In this document: positions 8,395 through 20,041 of the stretch, in pieces
How the letters are laid out: every line of letters begins with the position of its first letter
Numbering within the stretch: the stretch's first letter is position 1
Assembly (NCBI GenBank): GCA_963734005.1
Contig: CAVTFS010000012.1
Span: 127,322 to 191,321 of the forward strand
Reading direction: 5' to 3'
DNA length: 64,000 nucleotides
DNA from: an uncultured Actinomycetota bacterium
Lineage (GTDB): Bacteria > Actinomycetota > Actinomycetes > Propionibacteriales > Propionibacteriaceae
Made by a program: the position numbers and the translations under genes
The notes under the pieces: model-generated
Database searches by the model: none
The model's input: the letters and a program-made list of their open reading frames with translations, nothing else
What the model was told of the DNA's origin: nothing

Positions 8395-8610
8395 TGCCCC
8401 TGGGTAAAGGACGACCAGGCTCAGTGGCGGTGACCCGATGTGACTCTCTACGGATCCGGCCGCTTCGGCGTGCCCTTCATCTGACCTGTCCATCGTGGTT
8501 GCCGACACCGGCCTGGCCCACCAGTTGGCCTGATCAGAAGCCTGTCCGCTCTAGGCCGTGACCCATCACAGATGTGCCACTCGGTGACCTCTACCCAAGC
8601 CGGTGCCGAC
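8395..8610 (+). ncRNA. Putative IS110 bridge RNA (5' stem-loop, target-binding loop, donor-binding loop)
   Basis: Stems CCTGG/CCAGG, GGTGACC-CGATG/CATCG-GGTTGCC and CACCGGC/GCCGGTG; loop segments CTACGGATC (8448-8456) and CCTTCA (8474-8479) flank a UUCG hairpin; TCACAGAT (8566-8573) is complementary to the junction ATCTGTGA. Confidence 0.72.
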
Positions 8611-8665
8611 GGTTGACCCACTCCCTAAGGGAAGGACTAGGCCGGTGCCCATGCTGGCAGAACTT

Positions 8666-10015
<1,350 letters not shown>

Positions 10016-10119
10016 CTTGTCGACGCCGTCGTCGGTGTCGACACCCACCGCGACACCTCGCTCCCAACCGGCACTCCAATCGGGATACGAAAGATCAGCA
10101 ATGCTGCACGGCGTCCCGT

Positions 10120-10604
10120 TTCCGACCCAACAGATCCAGGCGCTGGACCGCACCGTGCCGGTGCTGCCGATGCGGCCGGGGCTGGTCGAGCGCCGCTCCC
10201 ACGACTACTACCGGCACGGCACCTCCACCCTGTTCGCGGCCCTCGACAGCGCCACCGGGCAGGTGACCGCCGCGCTGAAGCCGCGCCACCGCCACCAGGA
10301 GTTCCTGGCCTTCCTCCAACAGATCGAACGGACCTACCGCAACGTCCTCGACCCCGAGACCGGGCAGCCGGTCGAGCTGCACCTGGTCATGGAGAACTAC
10401 GCCGCCCACAAGCACACGAACGTGCGCCAGTGGCGGGAGGCGAACCCGCGATTCAAGATCCACTTCACCCCCACCCACGCCTGCTGGATGAACCTCGTCG
10501 AGGTGTGGTTTGGGATCGTGGAACGGGAGGCCATCCGCCGCGGCGTCTTCAAGTCAGTCAAGGACCTCAACACCACGATCCGCGCGTTCATCGACGGCCA
10601 CTAG
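10120..10604 (+). pseudogene. IS630-family transposase C-terminal fragment
   Basis: QIQALDRT.PVLPM, HDYYRHGTSTLFAAL, HFTPTHACWMNLVEVWF; N-terminus absent. Confidence 0.88.
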
Positions 10605-10608
10605 TTGT

Positions 10609-11037
10609 CTACGTGGTCGAGGTCTCGGCGGCCGTCTTGATCGAGGCGGCCTCCGTCTCGACGTACCGCTTGGTCAGCGACCGCGACAGCAGCCAGCCGA
10701 TCCCGGACAGCGGACCGGACACGGTCAGGGCGAGGGTGAGCCGGCTCCCGTCGGGGTGCGGCTCGACAACGTGCGCGGCGGTGACGGTGACGCCGGGCGA
10801 GCTCGACTCCCAGGTGTACGACGACCCGTCGGCCAGCTCGGTGACCGTCCACACCGCTGTGGGCAGCCGGGGCTGCTGCAACCGGGTTCGGGTGCCGACG
10901 GCCAGCGGTCCGGCGTCGAGACGCTCCGCCGCGTCGACCGTCGGGATCCGCTCGGGCCAGCGCTCGACGTCGACGACCACCGCCCAGACCCGCTCGGGCG
11001 GGGCCGCGATGGTGACGGTGTGCTGCAGGCCGGGCAT
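10609..11037 (-). CDS. SRPBCC (polyketide cyclase/START-like) family protein
   Basis: TVTIAAPPERVWAVVVDVERWPE motif; start set at MPGLQH. Confidence 0.85.
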   Translation of the reverse strand: MPGLQHTVTIAAPPERVWAVVVDVERWPERIPTVDAAERLDAGPLAVGTRTRLQQPRLPTAVWTVTELADGSSYTWESSSPGVTVTAAHVVEPHPDGSRLTLALTVSGPLSGIGWLLSRSLTKRYVETEAASIKTAAETSTT

Positions 11038-11426
11038 GCCTGAGTGTACGACGGCGCCCCGCGAGACTGAGGCCACTGGACCCCGACCACCGACGAAGTA
11101 ATCACTGAGCTGCTCGCCCACGGAACCTTGAGCGCCACGAGCCTCCAGGGCCCGAACATCCACGCACGACGATCATTTCCATGATTGACCATCAACGATC
11201 ATCTGAATAAACGATCGTCCGAAATAGATGGCTTCGAAGTGTGAAATGGGGCCAGCACGATCGCTTGCCTATCACAATGCAGCCGCGCCCCAAGTTGCCG
11301 GGGCGGCTCGACGCAAAGGTGCTCGGACCCCTGCGCGAGGCAAGCGGGATCCAACCATCGCCAGCACCCTGACCGGCCGGGGCCACGACGTATCCTCGTA
11401 TCCTCGCCGTCCGCTAGGAGGTTCCG

Positions 11427-13178
11427 ATGGGCACGGCCACAGCCGGCCTGGGAGGCACTGCTCCTGGAGCCTCCGCGGAGCCTCCCGACGGCAGTGACGA
11501 TCGCCTGATCTCGCTTCCGGGGCGTTCTCCTGTCCTGGATGCGGCCCAGCTTGGAATACTGCGCGGGTACGGCACCGATCGCGACGTGGCTGCTGGGGAT
11601 GTGTTGTTCGCCGACGGCGACGAGACCTACGACCTGATCGTGCTGCTCGCGGGCACGGCCGACATCATCGAGGGTTACGGCCATCCGCGGGCAAGTGTCG
11701 CCGCCAGCTACGGTCCCTCGGAATTTCTCGGCGAGATCGGCATGCTCACCGGGCAGCGTGCCTTCCTGAGCGCCGTCGCCACCTCCGCAGGGCGGGTCCT
11801 CGCAGTTCCGGTCGCGCAACTGCGCCGGGTCATGGCGCAAGAGCCAGGCCTGAGCGACCTCATCTTGCGGACCTTCCTGCTCCGTCACTCCATCCTGATG
11901 AGCCGCGGCACCGGCCTGACCCTGATCGGATCGCGCTTCGACCCTGATGCGCGGCGGCTGCTGGAGGTCCTGGCGCGAAACCGCCTGCTCTGGAGCTGGC
12001 TAGATCTGGAGGCGTCACCCGAGGCTGAGCAAATCCTCCAGGGCCTTGATGTCCCGGTCGCCGATCTGCCGATCATCATCGTGCCCGGCGGGCCGGTGCT
12101 GAGGAACCCCGACAGCCGCGCGCTGCTGGACGCCTTGGCCATCTCCGGCAACGCTGGCTCCCATCCGCGAGGTGTGTGCGACCTGCTTGTCGTGGGCGCA
12201 GGCCCGGCTGGGCTCGCGGCCTCGGTCTACGGCGCGTCCGACGGCATGGCCACAACTCTGGCGGAAGACACCGCGCTCGGTGGCCAGGCGGGCACCTCGT
12301 CACGTATCGAGAACTACCTCGGTTTTCCCGCAGGCTTGTCCGGGGAGGAACTCGCGACCCGGGGGACGCTGCAGGCGCAGAAGTTCGGCGTCCGGCTCAA
12401 GCTAGCCGCCAAAGCGACCTCACTATCCTTCGAGGACGGCGTGCACCGGGTCACATTCGATGACGGCGAGGCCATTCACGCCAGGTCGGTCGTCATCGCA
12501 ACAGGCGCACGGTACAACCGGCTTCCCCTGGATCGCCTGGCCGAGTTCGAGGGCGTCGGGGTCTATTACGCGGCGACCCAGGCGGAGGCCCAAGCCTGCG
12601 GAATCGGGTCGGTTGCCATTGTCGGCGGCGGCAACTCAGCGGGGCAGGCTGCTCTCTTCCTCAGCCGCTCGTGCGCCACAGTGCACCTGATCATCCGCCG
12701 GGATGCGCTGGACTCCTCAATGTCGCGGTACCTCGTCGACCGGATCGAGCGCAACCCTGGCATCGTCGTCTGGCCTTCCACTCAGGTCACGGCCCTGACC
12801 GGAACCAACCGGCTCGAGGCCGTGCGGCTCCGACGCGCGGGCCAGCCGGAAGCGTCGGAGCTGGCTGTAACCGGGCTGTTCGTCTTCATCGGCGCGAAAC
12901 CGGGAACGGCGTGGCTGGCGGGCCAGTTGGCCGAGGACAGGCACGGTTTCCTCCTGACTGGCGGCGATATCCCGGCCACCCGGCTGGAAAGCGAGAACCT
13001 GACACCACTGTTTCTGGAGACGAGCAGGCCCGGCATCTTCGCCGTCGGCGACGTGCGCAGCGGCTCCGTGAAGCGCGTCGCAGCCGCCATCGGTGAGGGC
13101 TCAGTGGCCGTCCGCCTCGCTTTCGAACGCCTCCAGTCGGCGGGCACGGCCGATCCCATCGGCTTGCCCTCCCGCTAG
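11427..13178 (+). CDS. cNMP-binding domain / thioredoxin reductase-like FAD oxidoreductase
   Basis: N-terminal cNMP fold (FLGEIGML..R), GAGPAG, GGQAGTSSRIENYLGFP, GGGNSAGQAA, ETSRPGIFAVGDVRSGS. Confidence 0.9.
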   Translation: MGTATAGLGGTAPGASAEPPDGSDDRLISLPGRSPVLDAAQLGILRGYGTDRDVAAGDVLFADGDETYDLIVLLAGTADIIEGYGHPRASVAASYGPSEFLGEIGMLTGQRAFLSAVATSAGRVLAVPVAQLRRVMAQEPGLSDLILRTFLLRHSILMSRGTGLTLIGSRFDPDARRLLEVLARNRLLWSWLDLEASPEAEQILQGLDVPVADLPIIIVPGGPVLRNPDSRALLDALAISGNAGSHPRGVCDLLVVGAGPAGLAASVYGASDGMATTLAEDTALGGQAGTSSRIENYLGFPAGLSGEELATRGTLQAQKFGVRLKLAAKATSLSFEDGVHRVTFDDGEAIHARSVVIATGARYNRLPLDRLAEFEGVGVYYAATQAEAQACGIGSVAIVGGGNSAGQAALFLSRSCATVHLIIRRDALDSSMSRYLVDRIERNPGIVVWPSTQVTALTGTNRLEAVRLRRAGQPEASELAVTGLFVFIGAKPGTAWLAGQLAEDRHGFLLTGGDIPATRLESENLTPLFLETSRPGIFAVGDVRSGSVKRVAAAIGEGSVAVRLAFERLQSAGTADPIGLPSR

Positions 13179-13344
13179 GTTCAGTCACGTTGCGGATACC
13201 TCAGCCGGGTGCGCTGCCAGATGCTGGTGGGCATGAATGCAGCCGCAACCGGTGGCGGCGCCCCTGCTGGCAGACCGGAACGAGATGCCGTGCTGGGCTT
13301 GGGCAACACATGACAAAAATCGAAGTTCGATGTCCGACACAGAC

Positions 13345-13630
13345 CCGTGAATCACCTGGCCGTGGGCAGGCTGCGGCAGCGTCGGGCGTTCCCGGCGCTG
13401 TGGGTGAGCGTGCTGGTTAGGCGGCGGGTCGATGATCACGGTGTGCCCGAGCCGTTCGAGCCGGGCGATGAACTTTCTGGTGTGGGCTTCGTTGTTGCGG
13501 CGTTCATGCAACTCGATGTGGTGCTGCCGGGGCCGGCACGCCTCGACGATGACCGCATCCAGGCTCGGCCAAAGCCAACTCCACCAGCTCCAGCCGCCGC
13601 AGCATCGAGTTGGCCAGCTGGGCATGGTGG
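13345..13630 (-). pseudogene. Second IS110-family transposase remnant with a large internal deletion
   Basis: LDAVIVEACRP..HHIEL joined directly to a typical IS110 C-terminus (ARLERLGHTVIIDP). Confidence 0.55.
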
Positions 13631-13674
13631 GCGTCGAACGTTCCGGTAGTCCTTGGGCCTTCTATCCTCTGGTG

Positions 13675-16415
13675 ATGGTGTCGACTCCGGTGCTCGCGAC
13701 CAAGCTGTTCGCGCCGACTCCGCGGCGGCAGCTCGTGGCGCGATCCAGGATCGCCGAGCGGCTCGACACCACCCTCGATGCGGGCCATCGGATGACTCTG
13801 GTGTCCGCACCGGCCGGCTTCGGCAAGACCACCTTGCTCGGTGACTGGCTCAGCGACCACGATCAGCGACTGGCGAACGCCCGGGTCGGGTGGCTCTCCC
13901 TCGATGACGGCGACAACGACCTGACCCGCTTCATGACCCACTTGGTGGCCGCCCTGCAGGCTGCCGAACTCGATGTCGACGCGGCCGTCCTCGAGTCGTT
14001 GACCACCGCCTCGGCCGTCGCCGCCCTGACCCCGCTCGTCAACGACCTCGCTCGAGCCGGTGCCGACGAGCAGGGCAAGCAATGGATCGTGGTGCTCGAC
14101 GATTACCACGCGATCGGAGCCTCCGAGGTCCACGAGGCGGTGACCTTCCTGCTCGATCACCTTCCGGATCAGCTGCATTTGGTCATGGCGACCCGCTCCG
14201 ATCCGCCGTTGCCTCTGGCCCGGTTGCGCAGTCGTGGACAGCTCACTGAGCTGCGCGCCGCCGATCTTCGCTTCACCCCAGCCGAGGCGCGGGAGTTCCT
14301 CAACCAGGTGATGGGGCTCGAGCTCACCGCCGCCGACGTGGACGCGCTGGAGGACCGCACGGAGGGTTGGATCGCCGGCCTGCAGCTGGCCGCACTCTCC
14401 TTGCGCGGCATCAAAGACCGGGACGAGGTCGCCAACTTTATTTCGGCGTTCACCGGCAGCAACCGGTTCGTCATCGACTACCTGGCCGACGAGGTTCTTG
14501 CCCGGCAACCGCCGGAGGTTCGCGACTTCCTGCTCCGCACCGCAGTCCTCGACCGACTTCAAGGCCCGCTGTGCGACGCCGTCACCGGCGGCACCGGCGG
14601 CGCCCAAACGTTGGCGGACCTCGAGCGTGGGAACCTCTTCGTCGTCCCGCTCGACACCGAGCGCTCCTGGTACCGCTACCACCACCTTTTCGCCGACGTG
14701 CTTCACGCCCGCCTGCTCGCCGAGCAGCCCGCCGACCTGCCGGATCTCCACATGCGCGCCAGCGAATGGTTCGCCGCCCGCGGCCTGGTCGCGGACGCAG
14801 TCCGACACGCTCTCGCCGCCGAGGATTTCGATCGTGCCGGCTACCTGATGGAGGAGGCGCTGCCGCAGATACGCCCCACCCGGCAGGACGGCCTGCTCCT
14901 GACCTGGGTGCGGTCCTTGCCGGAGCCAGTGGTGCGCCGAAGCCCGGTCCTCTGCATCCTGTCCAGCTGGTCGCTGCTGATGTCCGGGGACCTCGACGCG
15001 GCCGGATCCCGGCTCGACGACGCCGAAGCCGCGCTAGCCGCCGGCGCCCAGGACCCCGCCCTCGCGGCAACCTGGGCCGACACCGAAGACCTGCGCACCG
15101 CGCCGGCGGCGGTCCATGTCTACCGAGCGGCGCTGGCGCAGGCACGCGGCGATGTCGCCGGCACCGTACGCCATGCCCGGCACGCCTTGGACCTGGCCGG
15201 ACCAGAGGACCACTTCGTACGCGGTGGCGCCCACGGCTACCTCGGCCTGGCCGCCTGGGCCGCCGGGGACGTCGACGAAGCACGGTCGACGTTCTCCGAC
15301 GCTGTGCGCAGCCTGCACGCCGCGGGCAACCTCGTCGACGAGCTGGACACCACGATCGTGCTCGCCGACATGGAAGTCGCCGCGGGTCGGCCGAGCCACG
15401 CCCGCCGGCTGTTCGAGCGGGCGCTGCAGACCGCCACCGCGACCGGTGCGCCCTACCCCCGGGCTACGGCCGACCTGCACGTCGGACTGGCCGAGCTCGA
15501 CCGTGAGCTTGACGACCTTCCCACGGCAGAGGAACACATCGAGTCGGCACGAGTTCTCGGTGAACGGGCCTCCATCACCGAGAACCGTCATCGCTGGTAC
15601 GTCGTGATGGCACAGGTCCACGTCGCTCAAGGCGACTACGACGCCGCGATGCGCCTGCTCGACCAGGCCGAGGCGCTGTACCGGCACGGCTTCTACCCCG
15701 ACGTACGCCCTATCGCGGCGCTGAAGGCCCGGGTCCAGATCGCGGCCGGGGACCTATCGTCGGCAGCCGCATGGGCTGAAGATCGAGGAATCGGCGTCGG
15801 CGACGAACCGGCCTACCTGCGCGAGTACGAGCATCTGACTCTGGCCCGGCTCCTGCTCGCCCAGCACCGTGCCAATCAGCGCGCTGGCAGTGATCGGTCT
15901 ACTCGACCGACTGCACGGCAGCGCCGGTGGAGGCGGGGCGAGACGGAAGTGTGCGAGAGATCCGAGTGCTGCAGGCCCTGGCCCGCCAAGCTCACGGCGA
16001 TCTTCCGGAGGCGCTCGCCGCACTCAACCGAAGCTTCGTCGACACGCCCGAACCGGACAGCAACGTACGGCTGTACCTGGACGAGGGCGCCCCGATGCTG
16101 ACCCTCCTGCACCACGCTGCCGCCGCTACGCCCGACCGCGTTGTGCAGGCGTATGCCGGACGGCTCCTCGAGCGCGCTCCGACCTCCCGCGAAGCGGGGG
16201 CAGAGTCGCAGCAGACCCCGGGCGGGCCGCTGAGCCAGCGCGAACTGGAGGTGCTCCGGCTTCTTGACAGCGAACTCACCGGACCAGAGATCGCGCGCGA
16301 GCTTTACGTCACGCTCAACACGCTGCGCACGCACACCAAGCGCATCTTCACCAAGCTCGACGTGACCACCCGTGCAGCGGCGGTGCGCCGCGCCCACGAA
16401 CGAGGGCTCCTCTAG
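13675..16415 (+). CDS. MalT-like ATP-dependent LuxR regulator (frameshift near 15880)
   Basis: LATKLFAP, Walker A APAGFGKTT, WLSLDDGDND, TEGWIAGLQLA; C-terminal LSQRELEVLRLL..NTLRTHTKRIFTKL in the 15927-16415 frame. Confidence 0.88.
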
Positions 16416-16425
16416 GCTCGTCTTC

Positions 16426-16472
16426 TGTCACATCGTCATTCACATCATGTGGTGACGCGCTGTCACCCCATC
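16426..16472 (+). promoter_or_regulatory. Candidate operator for the MalT-like regulator
   Basis: TCACATC direct repeats, CACATCATGTG palindrome and GGTGAC..GTCACC inverted repeat just upstream of the downstream operon. Confidence 0.4.
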
Positions 16473-16534
16473 GCTTCCTACGTTGAAGACATCCCCGCGG
16501 CGACCGCCACGGACCAACCCAACAGGGAGCGAAC

Positions 16535-17226
16535 ATGACCATCACACCGACCACCCTCTTCCGGGCGGCAGGCGTCGCCGCCGTCGTAGCCGGACTGATC
16601 TTCATCGGCGTCCAGATCAACCACCCCCACTCCGACGTCACCTCCGTCACGACGACCGAGTGGGTCGTGCGCAACTCCCTGAAGGTGCTGATGGCCGCCC
16701 TGGCGCTGGCCGGCATCACCGGCATGTACCTGCGCCAGGTGAAGCAGAGCGGCGTACTGGGCTTGGTCGGGTACCTCGTCTTCGGCGCCGGCTACCTGCT
16801 CATCACGAGCACCGCCTTGATCTCCGGCTACGTCCTCCCCTCGCTCGCTGACTCCAACCCCGGCTACGTCAACGACGTTCTCGCCGCGGCGACCAACGGC
16901 ACGGTCCAGGGCGACATCGGCCTGCTGCAGACGGTCATCAAGGTCCAGGGCTTCGCCTGGCTGGCCGGCGGCCTCGTCTTCGGCATCGCGCTGTTCCGGG
17001 CCCGCGTACTCGCTCGCTGGGCGGCCGTGCTCCTCGCCGTCGGCAGCGTGGTCACCGTTCTGCTCGCAGTGATGCCGGACGCCTTCTACCGGTTCCTGGC
17101 CTTCCCGAACGCCATCGCCATGGTCGCCCTCGGCTACTCGCTGTGGCGCACCGCGCGGACCGACACCGCAACGCTGCCGACCCCGGTCGACGGTCGCGCG
17201 GGGTCGCCACGGCAGGTGCCAAATGA
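16535..17226 (+). CDS. Multi-pass membrane protein (apparent 3' frameshift)
   Basis: GGGAG RBS, about six TM segments; ORF runs on out of frame past a TGA that overlaps the next ATG at 17223. Confidence 0.7.
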
Positions 17227-17470
17227 CCCAGCACACCGTCTCGCACACCCGACCGGCGCCGCAGCGCCGGCCGGGTGCCCGGGGCGGGTCGAGCTGGCCG
17301 GTCCCGGTCGCGCTGGTGGTCCTCAGCCTCATCCCGGTGATCGCCGGGTCACTGCGGCTGCTCGAGGTTGCCGGCGGCCCGCAGCTGATGCCGGACCAAC
17401 CCGCGCATCGACGCCTCCCCGGGGCCCGTGGTGGTACACGTACTCGGCGCGGCCATCTCCGCCATCCTCG
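17223..17470 (+). pseudogene. DUF2306-like membrane protein N-terminal remnant
   Basis: WPVPVALVVLSLIPVIAGSLRLLEVAGGP, then frameshift and deletion. Confidence 0.5.
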
Positions 17471-17513
17471 CCCGCCGGACCGCTCGTGCCCGCACAGCGT
17501 TGGCGGTGTCGCA

Positions 17514-17765
17514 ATGAACCAACGTCCCGGGCCGTACGCGCCTGCCCACTACGAACTCCGGATCGAGGGGCACCTCGACGAGTACTGGTCGGCCTGGTTC
17601 GGCGGACTGACCCTCATCCGCGAGGACGACGGCACCACCACCCTGCGTGGCGCAGTGACCGACCAGGCCGAGCTGCACGGCCTGCTCGCCAAGGTGCGCG
17701 ACCTCGGCACCACCCTGATCTCGGTCAAGACCATCGACGCCCCAAGTCGACGGCATGTCGGATGA
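17514..17765 (+). CDS. Small conserved hypothetical protein typical of MalT-like regulator neighbourhoods
   Basis: YELRIEGHLD..WSAWFGGLTL..GTTTLRG.V.DQAELHGLLAKVRDLG motif. Confidence 0.75.
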   Translation: MNQRPGPYAPAHYELRIEGHLDEYWSAWFGGLTLIREDDGTTTLRGAVTDQAELHGLLAKVRDLGTTLISVKTIDAPSRRHVG

Positions 17766-17873
17766 GCTCGAGTCCGCGGCGAGGACTGCCACGATGTGCC
17801 GTGCGCTCACAGAGCCTGAGCACGCCGGCTCGGTCGTAGCGGCGTGTAGGTGGGCTCCGGTGTGGGCTCACAG

Positions 17874-18536
17874 CTACGGGTTGCGGTTGATCTCGTTCGC
17901 CAGTTCCATAACCGCCTGAATCAGGGCATCCCCGTTTAGCAGTGCTGCGTCGTTATGGTCAGCGCCCTCCACCGCGACAAGGAGTATCGGCCCACGGGCG
18001 CCGGCGACCGACCGTCGGCTTTCCTCGGGAGGAACGATGGAGTCCTCTGTGCCATACACGACAGTGATCGGTACGGTGACGCGCGCTAGGTACTCGGCTA
18101 CCGGGAAACGGTCTTTCAGCAACGCACGTACGGGCAAGAACGGGTAGTGAATCTGTCCCACCGAGGCGAGGTCGGTGAACGGTGACCGCAATACAAGCCC
18201 TGCCGGCGGGTGCTCGGTCGCTAGCTCAGCGACCACCGCAGCGCCGAGGCTTTCGCCGTAGTACAGCATGCGTTCACCGGGCACGCCCTCGTCGGTGAGG
18301 AACCGATGAGCGGCGCGTACGTCCCGAGCCAGCCCTTCCTCGCTTGGGCTCCCCGGGTTTCCGCCATAGCCCCGGTAGTCGAACAGCAACACCCCGAAAC
18401 CTTGGTTCGCCAACGCTCGGGCAAGGGGCGCCCGCGGACGGCAGATAGATCAGACGCCGCTGAAACGCCCAGGAAACAGCACCACGAACAGCACCACGGC
18501 CACGACTACCGACGCGAACAACACCACACGCCGCAC
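17874..18536 (-). pseudogene. Alpha/beta hydrolase with N-terminal internal deletion and frameshift
   Basis: FQRRLIYLP in one frame; LLFDYRGYG, GESLG nucleophile elbow and GADHND in ORF 17874-18413. Confidence 0.75.
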
Positions 18537-18766
18537 GCTCCCAGTCTGGTCCTAGGCCGCCCTCTCGGGGCACTGGCTACTGCGCGAGCACTGCCCTTGC
18601 TGCGGCGCGGTCATCCACGCCGAACACCAGCCGCGTGTTGGTGCCAGGTATCCGTGCTCATTTGGCATTGGTGGCCACGCGCGTCTGCCTCTGTTTCGAT
18701 CTGATAGCAGAGCAAATGCACCTGAAACTCTATCCAGACGCCGATAATGCGGCTACAGTCCGCGGT

Positions 18767-19177
18767 GTGCCAACATTTCGGATCAAGGAAGCCGCCGATC
18801 TCCTCGGGGTGAGTGACGATACCGTCCGCCGCTGGGCCGAGGGTGGTCGGATTACGACGACTACCGACATGTCGGGTCGGCAGGTGATCGACGGCGCAGC
18901 GCTCGCTCGCTTTGCTGAGGAGGCCGCTGGAGCTAGTGGTGGAGCCGCTAGCCGAGTCGTCGTAGCGGAGTCCATGCGCAACCGGTTCACCGGCCTGGTC
19001 ACACGCGTAGTGCGGGACACCGTAATGGCGCAGGTAGAGATTCAGGCCGGACCGCACCGGTTCGTCTCCCTGCTTAGCCGTGAGGCTGTGGACGACCTTG
19101 GGCTGGAGCCCGGGGTGTTGGCAGTGGCAGCGGTAAAGGCCACCAACGTCTCGGTGGAGATACCGAGGAACCGCTGA
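18767..19177 (+). CDS. Excisionase-type HTH-TOBE molybdate regulator (actinobacterial ModE-like)
   Basis: RIKEAADLLGVSDDTVRRW plus SMRNRFTGLVT..AVKATNV TOBE domain; directly upstream of modABC. Confidence 0.85.
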   Translation: MPTFRIKEAADLLGVSDDTVRRWAEGGRITTTTDMSGRQVIDGAALARFAEEAAGASGGAASRVVVAESMRNRFTGLVTRVVRDTVMAQVEIQAGPHRFVSLLSREAVDDLGLEPGVLAVAAVKATNVSVEIPRNR

Positions 19178-19210
19178 GCCTGGATGTGGGTCCAATATCA
19201 AGGAGTTCTC

Positions 19211-20015
19211 ATGCGACGATTTGCAGCCACCCTTCTCACCGCCTCGCTGATCGTCGTCGGTGTTACGGCGTGCGCGTCCAACAACAGCGGTACGAGTTCA
19301 GCGCCAGGTCCGTCGGCGAGTGAGAGCGGCTCGCTGTCACCGTCGGGCGACATCACCGTGTTCGCGGCGGCCTCGCTGACGGAGTCGTTCACCGAGCTTA
19401 GTAAGCAGTTCGAGGCTGCCAACCCGGGGACGAAGGTGACGTTCAGTTTCGGAGCAAGCTCCGCTCTGGCGGAGCAGATCAAATCTGGTGCGCCTGCTGA
19501 CGTGTTCGCTTCGGCGAGCCCGAAGAACATGGACCAGGTCGTTAGCACCGGCGACGCGTCTGACCCGAAGGTGTTCGCGACCAACGAGATGGAGATCGCC
19601 ACCCCGCCCAGCAACCCGGCCCACGTCGCCTCGGTTAACGACCTGGCGAAGTCATCGGTCAAGACCGCGCTGTGCCAGCCGCAGGTGCCGTGCGGTTCGG
19701 TCGCACAGCAGGTCTTTACGAACGCCAAGATCACTGTGAAGCCGGTTACCCTCGAGCCGGACGTGAAGTCGGTCCTGAGCAAGGTGCAGCTCGGTGAGGT
19801 GGACGCGGGAATGGTCTATGTGACCGACGTAAAGGCCGCGGGCGAGAAGGTCAAGGGCGTTGAGATTGCCGACGATGTCAACGCCTCCACCGATTACCCG
19901 ATCGCCGCTCTAACCAAGAGCGGCAACGCCGCGCGTGGCGTCCGCGTTCGTGGACATGGTGCTCTCGCCGGCCGGGGATAGTGTGCTGACCGCCGCAGGG
20001 TTCCAAGCGCCCTGA
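19211..20015 (+). CDS. modA: Molybdate ABC transporter substrate-binding lipoprotein (frameshift near the 3' end)
   Basis: Lipobox VTAC; VFAAASLTESF, FGASSALA, GAPADVFASA, VPCG; natural VLTAAGFQAP end lies in another frame. Confidence 0.9.
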
Positions 20016-20041
20016 AGTCCGGTACAAGCGCGGATCTGAGT

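Noticed and set aside
10016-13630. Right end of the att-targeting IS110
   Set aside because: No junction followed by TGAAGGTTGGG was seen; the 13.3-13.6 kb IS110 remnant is on the opposite strand and looks like a different subgroup.
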